Part shown: piece after piece, positions 1-8,220 of the stretch
Position numbering within the stretch: the stretch's first letter is position 1
Layout: each line of letters starts with the position of its first letter
Source: an uncultured Gemmatimonadaceae bacterium
GTDB taxonomy: Bacteria; Latescibacterota; UBA2968; UBA8231
Assembly: GCA_964520345.1 (NCBI GenBank)
Contig: CAZFMY010000027.1
Location: forward strand, 1,589-65,588
Length of the DNA: 64,000 bases
Reading direction: 5' to 3'
The notes under the pieces: model-generated
Told to the model about the DNA's origin: nothing
The model's database searches: none
The model's input: only the letters and a program-made list of their open reading frames with translations
Translations under genes and position numbers: made by a program

Positions 1-113
1 AGAGATAGGCACCGTATACGAAGCAGAGCAGGACAAAGGGCAGCGGTGCGGTACGCGCCTCCGTCAGAGCATTTGCCAGCTGCTGCGAAAACGTATTTGG
101 CGCTGTTCCGGAT

Positions 114-1487
114 TCAGGCAAAAAACTGCGGATAGGGTTTGCCTTCCGCCTCGCGTTTAACCAGGCACATCAGCTCCATGGTATGGTAGTCGCCCCACAT
201 TGCCGACTCGCCGCAGGGGATCTTGCGTCCCCTGGGGATATAGTCCCAGCCATTGGGGCGGTGATAGATCGCGTGGAGGGTGATGCCCTGGTGTTTGGGG
301 TCGGTTGACATATAGGGCTCGGCCAGGAGTGCGCGGGCGATAGTGAAGGCCGCGGCGCGGTAGCGGTTGCCTCTGGCCTTGTCGCCTTTGGCCAGGAAGT
401 AATTGCCCAGGCGCAGGTAGCCCTGGCCGGAGATGGCGGCGGCCGAGCTGTCGAGTGGTTCTATATCGTTGTAGGGGTCGGAGGGTTTGCTGGTTATTTT
501 GCCGAATGAGGCCACTCCAGGTGCACCGGTGTCCCAGAAGGGGATGCCATCGGCGAAGCTCTCGGCGATGTGGAATTCGGCGGTGGCGATGGCTGCCTTT
601 TCCATCATCTTGATCAGTGTGCGCTTAGAGCCGAAGGGTTTGAGCTCGGAGTCTTTGAGCACGGTGAAGTACTCGAGTTGTTCGGCGTAGCCTGTGAGCA
701 CCCAGGACAGGCCGCGGGTCCAGGTCGAGAACGGGGTATAGCCCTGTTGGGTGCTGGGGCAGCGGTACTGGCCGTCGTGGGTATTGAAAATCGATTCGTG
801 GACTACGCGTCCAGGGACGTCCCAGACGTCGCGCCCCTCGCCGTAATAGACGTTGAAACGGGCGTTGGTGATGGCGTGTTCGACCAGGCGGCCGAGAAGA
901 CTGATGGCCTTGTCGCCCTCGCCCATCAGCACATGACCGAGTTGGTGCGCGGTGCCCAGGATCCGCAGCGAGCGCATGGTGTCGGAGAAGAGCGAATGCG
1001 GGCCGTTGAAAGAGTGAATGAAACCGGTGCCATAGGCGGTTTCGGTCCAGCGGGCAGCCTGTACCGCGCCCGAGAGCTTGATGGCCAGTTCGTAGAACTC
1101 GAGTTCGCGCTGGTCGTGGGGGATCCGGCCTTCGAGGATCAGGCGGCGCAGATTGCCGTAGGTGGAGAGGTTGTTGAAGCCGTGATCGTGGACGCCGACG
1201 TGCGAGACATGCGGAGCCATCTGGGCGATGGTGCGCTCGCGGCCCAGTTCGAGGAAACGCTGGTCATCGGTCATGTCGTATTGCAAGATCGCAGAGCCGT
1301 ATTGGAAGCCCTGTGTCCACTCGGTCCAGCCGCGGGTGGTATAACGGCCTTTCTGTGTGAAGACCGGGGTGCCGTGGTCGGGATTCCATTTCTTGTCGAG
1401 GTCGAGGATTTTGGCGGCGGTGAGATCGAGGAACTTGTCTATGGCGGGAAGAAGTTTCTTGGCCTTGAGGTGCCGGTCTGGTTTCAC
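114..1487 (-). CDS. GH88/GH105-like unsaturated uronyl hydrolase, leaderless
   Basis: 457-aa ORF. By-eye matches to Bacillus UGL (GH88) blocks: W-T..GF, HDHGF, STWTRG, DSSAAAI, and C-terminal MWGDYH..EL. No N-terminal signal peptide. Confidence 0.75.
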   Translation of the reverse strand: MKPDRHLKAKKLLPAIDKFLDLTAAKILDLDKKWNPDHGTPVFTQKGRYTTRGWTEWTQGFQYGSAILQYDMTDDQRFLELGRERTIAQMAPHVSHVGVHDHGFNNLSTYGNLRRLILEGRIPHDQRELEFYELAIKLSGAVQAARWTETAYGTGFIHSFNGPHSLFSDTMRSLRILGTAHQLGHVLMGEGDKAISLLGRLVEHAITNARFNVYYGEGRDVWDVPGRVVHESIFNTHDGQYRCPSTQQGYTPFSTWTRGLSWVLTGYAEQLEYFTVLKDSELKPFGSKRTLIKMMEKAAIATAEFHIAESFADGIPFWDTGAPGVASFGKITSKPSDPYNDIEPLDSSAAAISGQGYLRLGNYFLAKGDKARGNRYRAAAFTIARALLAEPYMSTDPKHQGITLHAIYHRPNGWDYIPRGRKIPCGESAMWGDYHTMELMCLVKREAEGKPYPQFFA

Positions 1488-1756
1488 TTGTTTGCTCCTT
1501 TGTCAATAGTGCGGAAAGATAGGATGGGTAATGGTTGAGGTCAATAATGGATCTAATAGTGGTTAGTGGTGAGATGGTTTGTTAGTTTTTGCAGCGAATC
1601 TGGCGATTGGTGTCTACCAGGGTCTATCCCCGGCGCTTACTACTGCCTTCGCCTCATATTCTCTGAAGGTCTTGAGTGAAATCATGGAAATTGAGAGTGG
1701 TTCGTGGGATAGTCCTGGCGGACCTCAGGTCTTGGAAAAACCAAAGGTGATATCGC

Positions 1757-4282
1757 ATGAGTATAGTGGAAGAGGGCATCGAGATCAGATTGAAAGAGGA
1801 AGAAGGCATCGGACGTGTGGCTTGGCCGTTGACCAGAGGTGTGCCGCTGGCACAAGGAGCCGTGATGGATGTCTCGGGTCTGTGGCTGGCGGACGGTGAA
1901 GGGAAGGTAAAGGCGGCCCAATTTAAGGTGCTGGGACGCTGGCCGGATGGGAGTGTTAAATGGGTCCTGGTGGATTTTCAGGGAGATGTGGAAGCGGGCG
2001 GAGAGGCGGTCTACAGGTTGAGATACGATGTCGGTAAAGAGTCTTTGGAGTTCAGCGGCGTGAAGGTCTCAGAGGATGGGGATCGCATCGAGGTGTGCAC
2101 GGGACCGCTGCGTTTTGGCATTGGCAAAAGGACCTTTGCACTTTTCGATGGAGCAGAGTTGGGCCAGCGAGACCAGGGGCGGTTTGTCCCCGAGGTGGAG
2201 GTTGTGGCTCGGGGCGGCGGAGATGCCTGGGCGCGAGTTTCGGAGTCGGAATTTCTCGGCGGGACCCAGCGTCGTATCTACGGAATGGGGGGGGAGTGTC
2301 TGGCTTCCGCAGGGGTGGAGGAATATGCAGTGGAGGTAGAGGAGGCTGGACCGCTCAAGGTTGTGGTCTGCTGTCGGGGAGCGTATGAATCGACAGCGCC
2401 GATGCACCACTATGCGGGCTATCGGCCGCTGCGCTTTAGAACCCGGATCTACGCTTATGCCGGAAAATCGCAGGTGCGGGTGGTGCATACAGTGATTGTC
2501 AGTTCCAATCCGCGTGAAACCGAAGTGGAGGAATTGGGACTGAGGGTGCCGCTGGTGACGGAGGACGAAGGACGTTGTCTGCTGCAGGCGGGGCGGGTGA
2601 TGGAAGGGGCGTTGACACCGGGCCGCTACGCACTGCTTTCGCAGCGATTGGATAATCATTTCTGCTTGGAGGAGTACGAGGGAGTCGAGCGCGTGGTGCG
2701 CGCGGAGGGGGAGCGGGCCGGCGGATGGATTTGCGCGGAGAATGGCCGTGCTGGGGTTGGGGTGGCTTTGCGCTATATGGCCGAAGAGTATCCCAAGGCG
2801 CTGGGTGTGGGGGCTAAGGGGATCGATATCTATCTGTGGCGCGATCCGCACGGCGAGCGGTTGAGCATGAAGCGCTATGCGGAGGAAGTGGCCTGGCACG
2901 AAGGCGAGGGAGTCTATGCCGATGGCACTGGAACGGCCAAGAGCAGTGAGTTTTTCGTCGATTTCTTTCACGCGGGCAAGGCCGATGGGGAGCAATTGCA
3001 GGCGCTTTTGCACCAACCCCAGATCAGTGTAGACCCGGCCTGGGTGGCGCAAAGCAGAGCGGTCGGTGAGTTGGCGACTGACGCGAGTTTCCCCAAGTCA
3101 GATCGCATGCTGAGGGGCTTTGTGGCGTGGATGAAGGGGCATATAGAACGCTATCGCTGGAATGGCTTCTTCGATTGGGGCGATGTGATGGCCACCTGGG
3201 AAGAAGCGGCCGGCGGGTGGCGCTTCAAGGGGCGCTGGGGCTGGTGCAATAGCGAATGGGATCCTCGGCACGGCGTGTGGTTGCAGTATCTGCGCACTGG
3301 TGCGGGGCACTACTACGACCTTGGCGAGGCGATGACTCGCCATTCGCTGGATGTCGATACCTGCCATTATCATCCGTTCAGACCCTATATGGTCGGCGGC
3401 TCTTTTCGCCATAGCATGGATCACTTCGGAGACGAGCCCTGTGCTTCTCACACCTTCATCGATAACTGGGTAGACTATTACTATCTGAGCGGAGATGAGC
3501 GAGCATTCGAAGTGCTGCGCGAAGCGGGGGAGTTTTTTCTGCGCTATCGCTGGAGCGAAGACCCGCGCTATAGTTTCAGTCTTCGCTCGATCGGCAATGT
3601 GCTGCGGGGCCTGATCTATCTCTACGAACTGACGGCGGAGGATCGCTTCATCCGCCGCGCCGAGGAGGTCTACGACGCTATCGCTCGCGGTCAAAGTGAG
3701 GACGGCAGTTGGCATAAGCGTTTTCAGATAAGCACGGAGGACAAACTGCCCGATCAGGGTCCCTACGGCATGGCCACCGAAGGCACGACGACGGCGGTGG
3801 AGATGGGTACTGCGGCCCCGTTTAGCGACGAAGAGTATATGGCGCTGGGCGGTAGTTTCGGTCAGCTGAAGCGGATTTTGCCCTACGAAGAGCAAAAGGG
3901 CTACCAGACGCATTATTTGATGATAGGATTGGAGCGATTGCATCGGTTGACCGGGCGAGAGGACGTGGCCGAAGTTTATCTGCGAGCAGTCGATTGGTTT
4001 TGTGGTGGCAAGGGGGTTTTCGATGCGGACTTCGCTTGTGCGCAGAGCTATCATGGAGTGCTCTGCGGCGAGTTGGCCTACGCCTGGCGACTGACAGGAG
4101 AACGGAATTATCTCGAGGTGGGCCAGAAAGTCCTGGCTAATCTGATCGAACGCCAGAATTGGAGCGACAATCCCGACTACCGCGGTGCGGTGGATATGCA
4201 TCCCACTGCGCTGAGTCTGATTTTCTTTGGCGTTCCCTTCTTGTTGGGAGCGTTGGAAGAGGCTGGGCTGGGGGAGGAATAA
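1757..4282 (+). CDS. Large leaderless polysaccharide lyase/hydrolase-like protein, possibly PcRGLX/YetA (PL26)-like
   Basis: 841-aa ORF. The N-terminal pattern WPLTRGVP..G....L.....G....Q......WPDGSVKWVLVDF and the central W/D/H-rich block (RWNGFFDWGD..NSEWD) recall exo-rhamnogalacturonan-lyase-like proteins. The CDS is secure; the family assignment is from memory only. No signal peptide. Confidence 0.5.
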   Translation: MSIVEEGIEIRLKEEEGIGRVAWPLTRGVPLAQGAVMDVSGLWLADGEGKVKAAQFKVLGRWPDGSVKWVLVDFQGDVEAGGEAVYRLRYDVGKESLEFSGVKVSEDGDRIEVCTGPLRFGIGKRTFALFDGAELGQRDQGRFVPEVEVVARGGGDAWARVSESEFLGGTQRRIYGMGGECLASAGVEEYAVEVEEAGPLKVVVCCRGAYESTAPMHHYAGYRPLRFRTRIYAYAGKSQVRVVHTVIVSSNPRETEVEELGLRVPLVTEDEGRCLLQAGRVMEGALTPGRYALLSQRLDNHFCLEEYEGVERVVRAEGERAGGWICAENGRAGVGVALRYMAEEYPKALGVGAKGIDIYLWRDPHGERLSMKRYAEEVAWHEGEGVYADGTGTAKSSEFFVDFFHAGKADGEQLQALLHQPQISVDPAWVAQSRAVGELATDASFPKSDRMLRGFVAWMKGHIERYRWNGFFDWGDVMATWEEAAGGWRFKGRWGWCNSEWDPRHGVWLQYLRTGAGHYYDLGEAMTRHSLDVDTCHYHPFRPYMVGGSFRHSMDHFGDEPCASHTFIDNWVDYYYLSGDERAFEVLREAGEFFLRYRWSEDPRYSFSLRSIGNVLRGLIYLYELTAEDRFIRRAEEVYDAIARGQSEDGSWHKRFQISTEDKLPDQGPYGMATEGTTTAVEMGTAAPFSDEEYMALGGSFGQLKRILPYEEQKGYQTHYLMIGLERLHRLTGREDVAEVYLRAVDWFCGGKGVFDADFACAQSYHGVLCGELAYAWRLTGERNYLEVGQKVLANLIERQNWSDNPDYRGAVDMHPTALSLIFFGVPFLLGALEEAGLGEE

Positions 4283-4283
4283 G

Positions 4284-5783
4284 ATGGCCGAGCGTCCGAA
4301 TATCGTGCTGATAATGACCGATCAGCAGCGCTTTGATACCATCGGCGCCTGGGGTTATGACCATATGACGACTCCGGCCCTAGATCGTTTGGTGGGGGAA
4401 GGACTCTCCTTTCGCCGCGCTTTTTGTCCCGGGGCGACCTGCGTGGCCTCGCGTGCGGCTATTTTCACCGGTATGTATCCGCACAACACCGGCGTTTACA
4501 GTTTTGATCACTGGGCCGATCACCGCAACTGGGTGCAGGATCTCAACGACGCTGGTTATCATTGCGTCAATATGGGCAAGATGCACTTTAGCCCGCGCGA
4601 TGTGGCCGGAGGTTTCCACGAGCGGGTCATCGTCGAGAATCCGACTTCCAAGCATCTCGACCTCGGTGGAGCCGACGACGATTGGGGTCGTTTCTTGCGG
4701 ATTCACGATCAGCAACGGCCCAATGATCGCAACAAGACCGATCCTGCGTGGCTGGAAAAATATCAGGGCGTGCCCTGGCATCTGGAAGAGCGTTTCCACT
4801 CGGATGTCTTTATCGGCGATTCGGCGCTGAGCTGGATCCGCGATTATCGCGGTCGGGGACCGTTCTTTCTGCAGGTGGGTTTCACCGGTCCACACGAGCC
4901 CTGGGATCCATTGCCCAGGCACCTGGATCTCTACGAGGGGCGGGAGATGCCGCCACGGATTTTCCGCGACGGGGAGTTGGAGGACAAGCCCCCTCAGCAC
5001 GCGGCTCATAAGGAGATGCATGCGACGACCGGACACGAGTCAGTGATCGATATGTACTCGCCGAGCGAAGAGGATATCGCTCGGATGCGGCGGCACTACT
5101 ATGCCAAGATCACCACCGTAGATGAGCAGCTGGGGCAGATCGTCGAGGCACTGGAAGAACGGGGTTTACTCGAAAATAGCCTGCTGATTTTCTGCTCCGA
5201 TCACGGCGAGTTGTTGGGAGATCATACGCTGGCCTACAAGTGGCTGATGTACGATCCGATCGTGCATATTCCACTGATCGTGCGCGATAGCCGCCATGAG
5301 GATTCAGCTGGCCAGGAAGTGCAAGATCTGGTTTCGCTGATGGACCTGGGGCCGACGATCCTGGCGGCGGCGGGAATCGAGGCGCCGAGTTATCTGGAGG
5401 GACGTTCATTGATGCCCTATCTAGAAGGTGCGGACGCGAGTGTTGCGCCACGGGAGTGGGTGTTTTGCGAGGATAACTATCAGGTGATGATGCGCGGTGA
5501 ACGGTACAAGCTCGTCTACTATATCGGTCAGGAAGCGGGCGAATTGTACGATTTAGAGCGCGATCCCCACGAGTTATGGAATCTCTGGGATAGCTCTGAA
5601 GATCTGGAATTGAAGAATCGGCTAGTGGCCTGCCTGCTGCGCTGGTTGGCATCCAGTACCTACTACAATGCCGGCTACCGCCGCCAGCGCACTCGCCAGT
5701 ATGGAATGCGCTGGCCGAGCCCGGAGGATGCCTTTCTGCACGGGGGACGGGGTCGGCCAGGACCCCGCTCTTTCGATCTTTAA
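4284..5783 (+). CDS. Sulfatase (formylglycine type), leaderless, CxAxR variant
   Basis: Start chosen at ATG 4284 (GGGGAGGA Shine-Dalgarno (SD) sequence upstream), 1 nt after the previous stop. N-terminus is MAERPNIVLIMTDQQR. Active-site box is C-V-A-S-R-AAIFTG, with ELYDLERDPHE near the C-terminus. Confidence 0.85.
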   Translation: MAERPNIVLIMTDQQRFDTIGAWGYDHMTTPALDRLVGEGLSFRRAFCPGATCVASRAAIFTGMYPHNTGVYSFDHWADHRNWVQDLNDAGYHCVNMGKMHFSPRDVAGGFHERVIVENPTSKHLDLGGADDDWGRFLRIHDQQRPNDRNKTDPAWLEKYQGVPWHLEERFHSDVFIGDSALSWIRDYRGRGPFFLQVGFTGPHEPWDPLPRHLDLYEGREMPPRIFRDGELEDKPPQHAAHKEMHATTGHESVIDMYSPSEEDIARMRRHYYAKITTVDEQLGQIVEALEERGLLENSLLIFCSDHGELLGDHTLAYKWLMYDPIVHIPLIVRDSRHEDSAGQEVQDLVSLMDLGPTILAAAGIEAPSYLEGRSLMPYLEGADASVAPREWVFCEDNYQVMMRGERYKLVYYIGQEAGELYDLERDPHELWNLWDSSEDLELKNRLVACLLRWLASSTYYNAGYRRQRTRQYGMRWPSPEDAFLHGGRGRPGPRSFDL

Positions 5784-5789
5784 AATGCG

Positions 5790-8219
5790 ATGAACACGGG
5801 TGTGTTGTATCGAGTGGCGATAGTACTCTGTCTGCTGTTCGGGGTGGGGTTGCGCTTTATCGGGTTGACGCGGGGGGCGAGCGATTTTGCCCCGCATACC
5901 GGAACTGAATATTACCATTTCCATCCCGACGAGGGGACGCTGGTTCGGACTGCCAGTGTTGTGGTCGATCCTTTCGATCCGCCCTTTACGGCCTATGGAC
6001 TCCTGCCGGTATACGTTTTGCGCGGAGCACTATGGGTGCAAGGTCTGGAGGCTCCGGATCTCGGGCGGGTGGAAGAGCGGCAACGCGTTTTTGTGACAGC
6101 CCGCTTTCTCTCCGCGCTACTCTCAAGCCTGGTTCTGGTAGCGACCTGTTTGCTGGGGGCGAGGTCCGCACTTGCGCTCGGGCGCGGGCCGACGCTCTTG
6201 GGGTTGGCCTTTATATCTTTCGCGCCGGGTGCTATCCAGCAGGGACATTTCTTCATCGTCGATGGAGTGTTCACGACTCTGTCGCTGGGCATACTGCTGC
6301 TGATCGCACAGGTGGTGCGGACCGGTGCGCTGCGTTGGTATTTGCTTGCTGGGTTGTTGATCGGTTTGTTGGGGGCGGTGCGTTATAATGGTCTGGCGCT
6401 GGGGTTGGTGCTTGCGGTGGGTCATTTTATCAGATCGGGAGAGGGATTCTACGAGCGCTTGCGCAGACCGGGACTCTGGCTGGCGGGGGGCTTGGCGCTG
6501 GTCACGGTTGTGGCGTTGCAGCCCTACCTCCTGGTCCATCCTGCGATTCTCACACGTGCTGAAACCAATGCCGACTTTGCGCTATCGCTCTCCTTTGCAC
6601 GCCTAGAAATCTTGCAGCCCTGGACGCTCGTAGATTTCCACGCGGTGCGCTATTGGGATCATTGGTTCGGGCTCTGGCCCTGGATTTGTGGTTGGCCACT
6701 GACGCTGGCGATGATTGCGGGTGCGGGCTATATGGTGTGGTTTGGCACCGGCCTGCAGCGCTTGGTACTTCTGTGGTGCGGATTGTACTTCCTCATCGTT
6801 GGAGCGGTGCCGGTCAAGGCGGTGCGGTATATGGTGCCGATCCTGCCGGTCCTAGGTCTGTACACCGGTGTGTTCTGTGCGGCGTTGTGGCGGCGTTGGC
6901 GTTTGGTGGGGGTCTCGACGGCGGTGGGGCTTGTGGTGTATGGGGCGGTATATGGTCTGGCTTTTGCCCGCGTATATATAGATGAGGATAGTCGGATCCA
7001 GGCCGGTCGCTGGATCGCAGCCCAGGTGCCGGCAGGCCGTCGGGTCGGTCTGGAGGCAGGCGCTTTTAGTCTGCGGGATCTGGTCGATTCGCAGGTGCAC
7101 CCGCACAGCTTTCTCAATATCTCCGGATTATTTTATGGCTCAAACTATATGCTATGCGGTCAGCAGGTCGATTATATCGGCGATCGCTTGGAAGAGATGG
7201 ACTGGTTAGCGCTGGTGGAGGAAAATCGTGCGGTACAGTTTCGCTCAGTGCCCGAACTCTTCCCGGTAGTGGAAGATTTTTACGCCCGATTGTTGGCGGG
7301 AAATCTGGGTTTCGAGCCAGTGCAGCGTTTTGCGGTGGAGGTTGAGGTAGGGGGATTTAGATTCCCTGGCAGGCTCGCCGAGCCTTCGTTTCTGGCCTAC
7401 GACCATCCGTCGGTGCGGATTTTCAAACGACGCGAGGAGGTAGTGTTGCAGGAGGCCTTGGCGGCCTGGCGGTCCGAAATAGCCGGAGTTAAGGCTTGTC
7501 CCGATCGCTTGCTGAAGCAGATGGCTCAAGTGCTTGAAAGTGGAGCGCCCAGCGAAGCGCTGGGAATAGCTGAGCAGATTCAGACGCGTTATCCGCGCTC
7601 GGCTTTGGTGCATTTGCTGGCGGCAGAGGCCCACCGGCACTTGGGGGATGAGATCGGCGCAAAAGCAGCTTATGGGCGCTATTTACCTGAGGCGAGCGAG
7701 GGACATGTGCAGTATTCGCCTTTTGCTCACTACGTTCCCGGCGATGCGGCGCTGGCTTGTGCCGAGTTGGGTTTGGAGTCTCTGGCTCTGAGCGTGCTAC
7801 GGCGTGGTGTAGAAGAGATCAGCCCCCGGGGAGTGAATGGGCCACAGGAGGTGGCAGAGTCGTACTTGAAAGTCGGGCGCTGGTTGGTGGAGCACGGGCA
7901 TCTCGGACTCATGGAAGAGGCATGCGAACTCTCGCTGAATATTCATCCGCACAAAGCGGCGTACAATGTGCTGGCGGAACTAGCCTACGAGCGCGGGGAA
8001 TACGAGCGTGCGATTGCGCGATTGAAACGATCTCTGACGCTCGACGAGGCACAGGGCTATGCGCACGCAACACTCGGCAAGGCGCTTCTGGACCACCGTG
8101 CGGACCCGGAAATAGCGCTGGGGCATCTAGCGCGTGCCGTGGAGTTGGATCCGGCCCAGAGAGTCGAGTTCGAAAGGTGGATCGCAATGGCGCGTGCCCG
8201 GCTTAGTACGGAGCGTTGA
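5790..8219 (+). CDS. GT-C fold (GT39/PMT_2-like) membrane glycosyltransferase with C-terminal TPR domain, paralog 1
   Basis: 809 aa. Polytopic N-terminal half with an acidic first-loop motif (FHPDE) and IQQGHFFIVDG. The C-terminal roughly 250 aa has TPR-like repeats. About 40% identical by eye to the next gene. Confidence 0.7.
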   Translation: MNTGVLYRVAIVLCLLFGVGLRFIGLTRGASDFAPHTGTEYYHFHPDEGTLVRTASVVVDPFDPPFTAYGLLPVYVLRGALWVQGLEAPDLGRVEERQRVFVTARFLSALLSSLVLVATCLLGARSALALGRGPTLLGLAFISFAPGAIQQGHFFIVDGVFTTLSLGILLLIAQVVRTGALRWYLLAGLLIGLLGAVRYNGLALGLVLAVGHFIRSGEGFYERLRRPGLWLAGGLALVTVVALQPYLLVHPAILTRAETNADFALSLSFARLEILQPWTLVDFHAVRYWDHWFGLWPWICGWPLTLAMIAGAGYMVWFGTGLQRLVLLWCGLYFLIVGAVPVKAVRYMVPILPVLGLYTGVFCAALWRRWRLVGVSTAVGLVVYGAVYGLAFARVYIDEDSRIQAGRWIAAQVPAGRRVGLEAGAFSLRDLVDSQVHPHSFLNISGLFYGSNYMLCGQQVDYIGDRLEEMDWLALVEENRAVQFRSVPELFPVVEDFYARLLAGNLGFEPVQRFAVEVEVGGFRFPGRLAEPSFLAYDHPSVRIFKRREEVVLQEALAAWRSEIAGVKACPDRLLKQMAQVLESGAPSEALGIAEQIQTRYPRSALVHLLAAEAHRHLGDEIGAKAAYGRYLPEASEGHVQYSPFAHYVPGDAALACAELGLESLALSVLRRGVEEISPRGVNGPQEVAESYLKVGRWLVEHGHLGLMEEACELSLNIHPHKAAYNVLAELAYERGEYERAIARLKRSLTLDEAQGYAHATLGKALLDHRADPEIALGHLARAVELDPAQRVEFERWIAMARARLSTER

Positions 8220-8220
8220 G

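Noticed and set aside
1-121. Open minus-strand frame (possible TTG at 119..121) reading LPESGTAPNTFSQQLANALTEARTAPLPFVLLCFVYGAYL and running off the left edge. It could be the 5' end of a membrane or transporter gene downstream of the GH88-like gene.
   Set aside because: It has only 40 codons, no ATG or SD sequence, and open frames of this length are common at this GC content. Not supportable from the window alone.
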